A stretch of 54,237 nt of DNA, from IMG/VR virus record IMGVR_UViG_3300046169_000074, positions 1-54,237 of that record, one strand, 5' to 3'. This DNA is from a virus (lineage: Duplodnaviria; Caudoviricetes). Under the pieces are notes generated by a model. It was not told the DNA's origin. It saw only the letters and a program-made list of their open reading frames with translations, and ran no database searches. Below are positions 48,601 through 54,237 of this stretch, piece after piece (position 1 is the stretch's first letter; every line of letters starts with the position of its first letter). The translations under genes and the position numbers were made by a program.

Positions 48601-51136
48601 AGGAGTTCTTGGCTAATACGCTTTGAAAGACTCAATGGAGATGGAGAAATACAACCTAAGACTGGTATAGATCTTGATAGGTTTGACCCTAGACATCATA
48701 TAGACCACGATGGTACAGGTAGAGGTGATTTAATATTATACGAAGTTTCGTCTTTCACAGAAGACACAACAGACACATCCAAAAGTGGTAATGAGGGGGT
48801 TTGGGAGACAGTTCCAAACGCCGGTATAGATCAAGATATTTACTACGAAGCCTCAAAGTCTATACCTCTATTCTTGAATTCTAAAACTATTAAAGAGTTC
48901 GCTCCAATTGACTGCACGGTAGAATCGTATAATTCTGCTGGTACACAAGTGGTTGATTCGATTAGAACTTTTAAAGTGTCGGGTTATCACGAAAAATACT
49001 TATTAGTTAGCGGTAGTATAGCTTCTGAAGACTATAGAGCATACGGTATAAATCGTTATGGGTATCTAAAATTTTTACACAAAGATGGTACTATAACTAA
49101 ATCTGATATAGAGGGCATGGGTAATATTGTAGATGGTGAATTTGTAAACACCACGCCTATCTACTCTCAAGTTACTACTACAAACGTCCCTGGAGTTGAC
49201 GCTGAATGGAATCAAACAATAACGGTAACAAACTATGACGACATAGAAGTCGGGGCAACTATAGTTGGTAGGTATGGACCAATGGCTTACAACAATACTT
49301 TTGTTAAAGAAAAACTTGGTCTCAACGTAGTACTATTAAACAAACCATTACAAAGAGCTGCAAGGTGTTAGTGGTTATTACACTTTAAGCGATGCTATAT
49401 TCCGTAACCATAGTAATGCTATAAAGCTTCAAGACGAGGTTTACGAAAACGAAATCGTATTACCTTGGTACAATTGTTATTCATTTGGTAATGGTGTAGA
49501 ATCAAATAGAATTAGAGACGACTTTAACGCACCTATTATAGGTAGTGGATTTAAGGCCTCAACTTCCCTCGAAGGATACTCTAGAGAAAATAAAACCAAT
49601 GGTTTAATATACTCAGGTATATACAATTCTCAATCTAGTATTAACAACTTAAACGAGTTTAACGCAGCTTTAAAGATAACTAAAGACTTAAATCCTTCCT
49701 ACGGACCAATACAAGCTTTGCATTCTAGGAACACAGACCTACAAGTCTTTACGGAAGATAGAGTTTTAAAGATACTATCTAACAAAGATGCCTTATATAA
49801 CGCTGATGGTAACGTAAATATAACGTCCACTAACAATGTTTTAGGTCAAGCCACGCCGTACTTAGGCGATTTTGGTATATCAAATAACCCAGAATCTCTA
49901 ACTCACGATCAATATAGAAGCTACTTTGTAGATAAGCATAGAGGAGCTGTATTAAGATTGTCTAGAGACGGTATAACAGTTATATCAGACTTGGGTATGA
50001 AGAGTTGGTTTAGAGACAATCTTAGGACGTCTAAATTGGTTAAGGGTTCTTTCGATATAGTTAACGGGGAGTACAACGTTACTATAGAGCATAGCGATGA
50101 GTATCAAAAAGAGCCTTGTAACTTGTCTTTCAACGAAGCCTCTAAAGGTTGGGTTAGCTTCAAGTCATATATACCTGACAATAGTATATCTAGCAACGGT
50201 AGGTTTATAACCACTAAAAATAATAAGATATGGGAGCATTACTCTGATGATGTTAATAGAAACACTTTCTATGGTGACACTGGTTTAGAAATAGTAGAAA
50301 ATGGTACGTTTGCTATAGATTTACGAAGTTGGGATTTGACAACACCAGATAATAAGCATTTAGTTAGTAGAGTAGATACTGCACCGTATTTCAATAGAAC
50401 AGCATTACTAATAGATGGACTTAGGGGTAAAGAGGAAACTGGTTCTATAAAACAGGATGTAAGTAGTAGAACTAATAGAAAAACTAAATATAAAGTTTCA
50501 TTCCTTTATTACATAGTAGCTGGTAATTTAACATTAGATGTTGAGGATGGTAGTGAGTACGATCAACTGTTTGAAAATAAAGGTGAGTGGACTACTCATT
50601 CATTTATTCACGATTCTGAAAACAAGATACTTAAAGCTATACACTTTTATGGGCAAACTGGTAGATATGTAAAAGCTTATGTGGCTAATGTTTCTATAAA
50701 ACCTTACCATGATAACTTTGGTAAATCTAAGGTGTCTTTATTGATGAACGATATTCCTGGTACAATAAAGAGCTTTAAGTCTATAAACTTCGAAGGATCA
50801 GAGGGTAACTCAGTAAACGTAGCTAATCAGTTCTTTACAGATGTAAACGGTAATTCCATAGAAGTTACTGACAACATGTTTAACAAAATGTATGACGACA
50901 CATCTAGTGGTGATGGTTGGAGTGCGTCTATTACTACGGATATGAGTACTGGTTTAGTCAATGGCTTTGTAAATAAAGAACAGAAGTGGTTTGGTAGTAT
51001 TGTTGGTGATTTAAACTCTGATGAGATTGATTATAAATCAATAGACTTAAGTGATTCTAACATACAAGGATTAGGTTTTGCGAAGTTAGTAACTGAAGGT
51101 AATGCTACAAAGGTTGAAATAAAAATAACAAATTAA
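42636..51136 (+). CDS. Giant tail stabilization (muzzle-like) protein, about 2830 aa, frameshifted near 42960 and 49360
   Basis: GRMNKDLDERLVPNGEYRDA start; YRYKYNDGEYS; GNRVVYGNY; NCYSFGNGVESNRIRDDFN in the frame upstream of 49718; GWVSFKS. Confidence 0.7.
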
Positions 51137-51139
51137 AAT

Positions 51140-53101
51140 ATGGCTAATTACACTATAACTGATTTGAAATTAATTGGAACTGTTGGTAGTCAAGTTGGCT
51201 CTTCAGTACCACTAGAGGAGGATAGAACGTTGTTTATAACACCAAATCCTGGGTACGTAGTTAGCAGTAGTGACTTTACGGCGCCTGAGGTAAAACCAGA
51301 CGCTATAGCTAGTATAATACTAGGTGACACACTTACGCCGGGGGAGTTAGGTAACGAGGTTTTTGTAAAGTTAAGCTTCAACAATAATGTTAATATTGAG
51401 AGCGCTACTAGTATCCAAAATCTGGGTATAAAAGGTGACGCTGTGCTATATCACAAACCATTGATCGGTAATAAGCAGGAGCTAGAATCTTACTTTAAGG
51501 TTAACATAGAATCTACAAACACCTCCAATGTAATTACCACCAGCCCAGGTTTCACTAATTCTAATGGTGTTTTAACTGGTAAAGTTAAACCCATGATTAA
51601 GACAGAGTCCGTTAAAATAACTATAACGGCTGATGATGGTTATTATTTTGAGAAAAAACCAACAGTCAGTACTGTTTCTGCTAACTTCATCACAACAACT
51701 AGTAATATAGTCAGGAACTTTAGAAACAGAATAATATCTTATGATATAAGTGTTTTTTATGTATCGGCGTTTGATTCCTATGAAGCTGACTCTTTAGAGT
51801 TAGATATTAATGCTAGTGTTGAGGTGTTAGAAGCCTCTCAGCCAAGATGTTATAAGAGTAGCATTTGGCAGTCCCTTATATCGCTGATGGAGGTGAGGTT
51901 AAAAACATAGTATTAACAGCGGCTATTTACAGTGAATGGGATTTAGGAGATCGTTAGAAGAGTCAGATGACGCTGTTATAGCTAGTTTGTCAGGGAGCTA
52001 AAACAATACTGAAAGATAACGAAGTAGATTACGGTAAAAGTTTTGAAGTTAACGGGGTTGAGTTCGAAAGCTTCGAGTTCAATATACCTGCTAACCAAAG
52101 AGGTTAACACATATAGTGGTATTCAAGATATTTACGAAGCCTACGTATTAACTATAACTCCAGCTACGGGAACCTCTATTAAAAGTACTATAAGTGATAA
52201 GTACTTAATGGTTCAAGTTAAAGATCCTTCCATACTACTTAGTTGCGGTATTGGTGGTTTATCTCCAATGAATACAATTTTTTCAAACCTCATACCAAGA
52301 ACTACAGGTAGTAGTGATATTATAATTAATGGTAAACCAAATAAGACGGCTAAGTTTCTATCCTATGATAACACCTTTAATTTAAAGAGAGTTGTAGAGC
52401 ATACATATACCACGACAAGCGCTAACGGTTTGCAATTTCACCCAACACTAATTCGCCACTCATCATTACCGTGTACTGGATCTAGTGACAAGGTCTTAAC
52501 TACTCAAAGCGATGGTTCTGAGTGGTTTGACATTGTTCTTGATTCCGTTGAGGGTATGGAAACTTTTGTAAATGATATGACTATAGTTTACCCGCCGGGC
52601 GATAGGAATGATGGTAACCCTTTTATACCTGGTGTTGTTAGAAATATAGATATACCAAATAAAACAGTTTCTATTAGCGCTTCACATTTTGATTCTTCGG
52701 ATGTTGGACAAGGTGGTTCATGGGATAGTGCCGATTTACAAAACGCTACTTTCTACTTTGTACTTAGCAGTTTTGAGGGTGGTGTGTCACATAAGCAAAA
52801 TTGGTTTGTACCAACTTCTAACAGGGGTCTTAGACGTGGTAATTCTTATGATTTTACTATATCTGGTTTAAGTGGAGAGCAGGTTGATCTTCAAACAGTT
52901 AAAATTAGATACAACGTAGCCATAAATAGATTTGGAGACAATTATAATACATTTAGAAATAACATGTCTAACGTATTAACCCCGCTGAGCGAACTTAACG
53001 ATATAGCAAAGGATTACTTTCCACATGTACCCCTTAATTTAACGCTGGATCAAGGACACTTTTTAACGGAACCTAGTAACAGCACTTGGTATACACCTTA
53101 A
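51140..53101 (+). CDS. Putative virion structural protein (ORFs 51140..51910 and 52043..53101 probably one gene)
   Basis: Ig-like ITPNPGY and TADDGYYF segments; disrupted zone about 51840-52080. Confidence 0.5.
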
Positions 53102-53113
53102 ACATTAAAAAAA

Positions 53114-53504
53114 ATGACTGAAGTAACTATAACCTTTGACAATAAACCTAATGAATCTCTCCAGGTGGGTGACTGGATTTTACGTACCGAAACTAGCGAC
53201 ACCTCGGGCTTTAACGTAGCTTCAAGTAACGTTGAAAAATATGGAGTGGTTAAAAGTATAGCGAAAGATTATACAGATGTGGACGGTAGCTTAGTGCCGA
53301 ATGGTGATTGGCTGGTAGTTGTTGACAAGTTGGATTTGTCTAAACCACTATCTACAGCTGACTACGTATTATTCTTAAAAGACTCTAGAGTAAACCTATC
53401 TGGTGTTACGGGTTATTACGCAGAAGGTAGAAATGAGTAATAGTAAGACTGAAAAAGCTGAGCTATTCTCTGTAGCGTCGGAAATATCTGAAAGTAGTAA
53501 ATAA
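53114..53504 (+). CDS. Virion-module hypothetical protein (one extra base near 53426)
   Basis: NESLQVGD...GYYAE then VEMSNSKTEKAELFSVASEISESSK in the shifted frame. Confidence 0.65.
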
Positions 53505-53525
53505 CAATACAATAACGTAATTATA
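53498..53525 (+). promoter_or_regulatory. Class II promoter-like motif
   Basis: TAAA-N15-GTAATTATA. Confidence 0.6.
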
Positions 53526-53548
53526 ATAAAGAAATAAAAATTTAAATT

Positions 53549-54237
53549 ATGATTGATCCAGTAACTGGCTTTCTAGTAGGTAAGGGCCTTAAATTTATAG
53601 GTGGTCTATTTGGTAGACGTAAAGCTAGGCGTAAAGCTAGAGCGGCTGAAGCTCGTGAGGCTGAGCGTAGAAAAGAGATGGAAAGGTTGAAAGATGCTTA
53701 CTCCAATATAAGTACTACTAACCCATTTTTAAACATGCAGAACCAATTTATGGGTGCTAAAAATGTTTACGCTGACGCTGAGAATGTTATGGAAGACTTA
53801 ACGGTTAACCAACAGCAGGCTCAGTTTGAATCTCAACAATTTGCGCAAAGTCAAGCTAACATACTATCTAGCTTAAGACAATCAGCTGGTGGTAGCGGTA
53901 TAGCGTCTCTAGCTCAATCTTTAGCCCAGCAGGGTAGGTTGAGAGCTCAACAAGCTTCAGCTAGTATAGGTAGACAAGAGGCTGCTAATCAAAGGTTAGC
54001 GTCTCAAGAAGCTTCTAGACTTCAGGTTAGAGAGATGCAGGAAGGATCTAGATTGCAAGATATACAACTTAGAGAAGAGTCTAGAATACAAAATATGGAA
54101 AGGAAAGGTGAATTAATATCTAGGCAGCAACAGAGAGATCAAACTGGTACGCTATTAGGTATGGCACAGGGTGAAACCGCTATGGCTAGGCAGGAAAGAA
54201 TGGGTTACGAAAAACAAAGACAGCAGTATGAAACTGG
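53549..54237 (+). CDS. Putative internal virion/ejection protein (3' partial)
   Basis: MIDPVTGFLVGKGLKFIGGLFGRRKARR then Gln/Ala-rich helices; open to the window end. Confidence 0.6.
   Translation, partial: MIDPVTGFLVGKGLKFIGGLFGRRKARRKARAAEAREAERRKEMERLKDAYSNISTTNPFLNMQNQFMGAKNVYADAENVMEDLTVNQQQAQFESQQFAQSQANILSSLRQSAGGSGIASLAQSLAQQGRLRAQQASASIGRQEAANQRLASQEASRLQVREMQEGSRLQDIQLREESRIQNMERKGELISRQQQRDQTGTLLGMAQGETAMARQERMGYEKQRQQYET

Noticed and set aside
42960-51910. Stop-codon (TAG) recoding as in some crAss-like phages
   Set aside because: Breaks are frame changes rather than in-frame stops; intact genes such as the capsid end in TAG; no suppressor tRNA seen

Overview
AT-rich fragment of a tailed dsDNA phage genome, most consistent with a marine Bacteroidota (Flavobacteriia) crAss-like phage. 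That assignment is an inference from the gene order terminase - portal - scaffold - capsid - ring proteins - giant tail stabilization protein, the A-rich non-Shine-Dalgarno leaders and PhoH. There are three blocks. (1) 1-5913 (+): tail fibre, lysis genes and PhoH. (2) 5910-25516 (-): nucleotide metabolism, replication, a sigma factor and many tiny early ORFs interleaved with tRNA-like RNAs. (3) 25635-54237 (+): GroEL/GroES, packaging, head and tail genes. The most notable signals are: a thymidylate-synthase homolog with the dCMP-specific signature of T4 dCMP hydroxymethylase, next to a GIY-YIG/MazG fusion and alongside ThyX (candidate cytosine-modified genome); four non-canonical tRNA-like elements; two distinct 7-copy promoter-like motifs; and a 3-copy 46-47 bp palindrome linking an HTH-sigma operon to the early/late divergence point. 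Several essential genes carry apparent single-base insertions, probably sequencing errors. All product calls are by motif recognition only; no searches were run.
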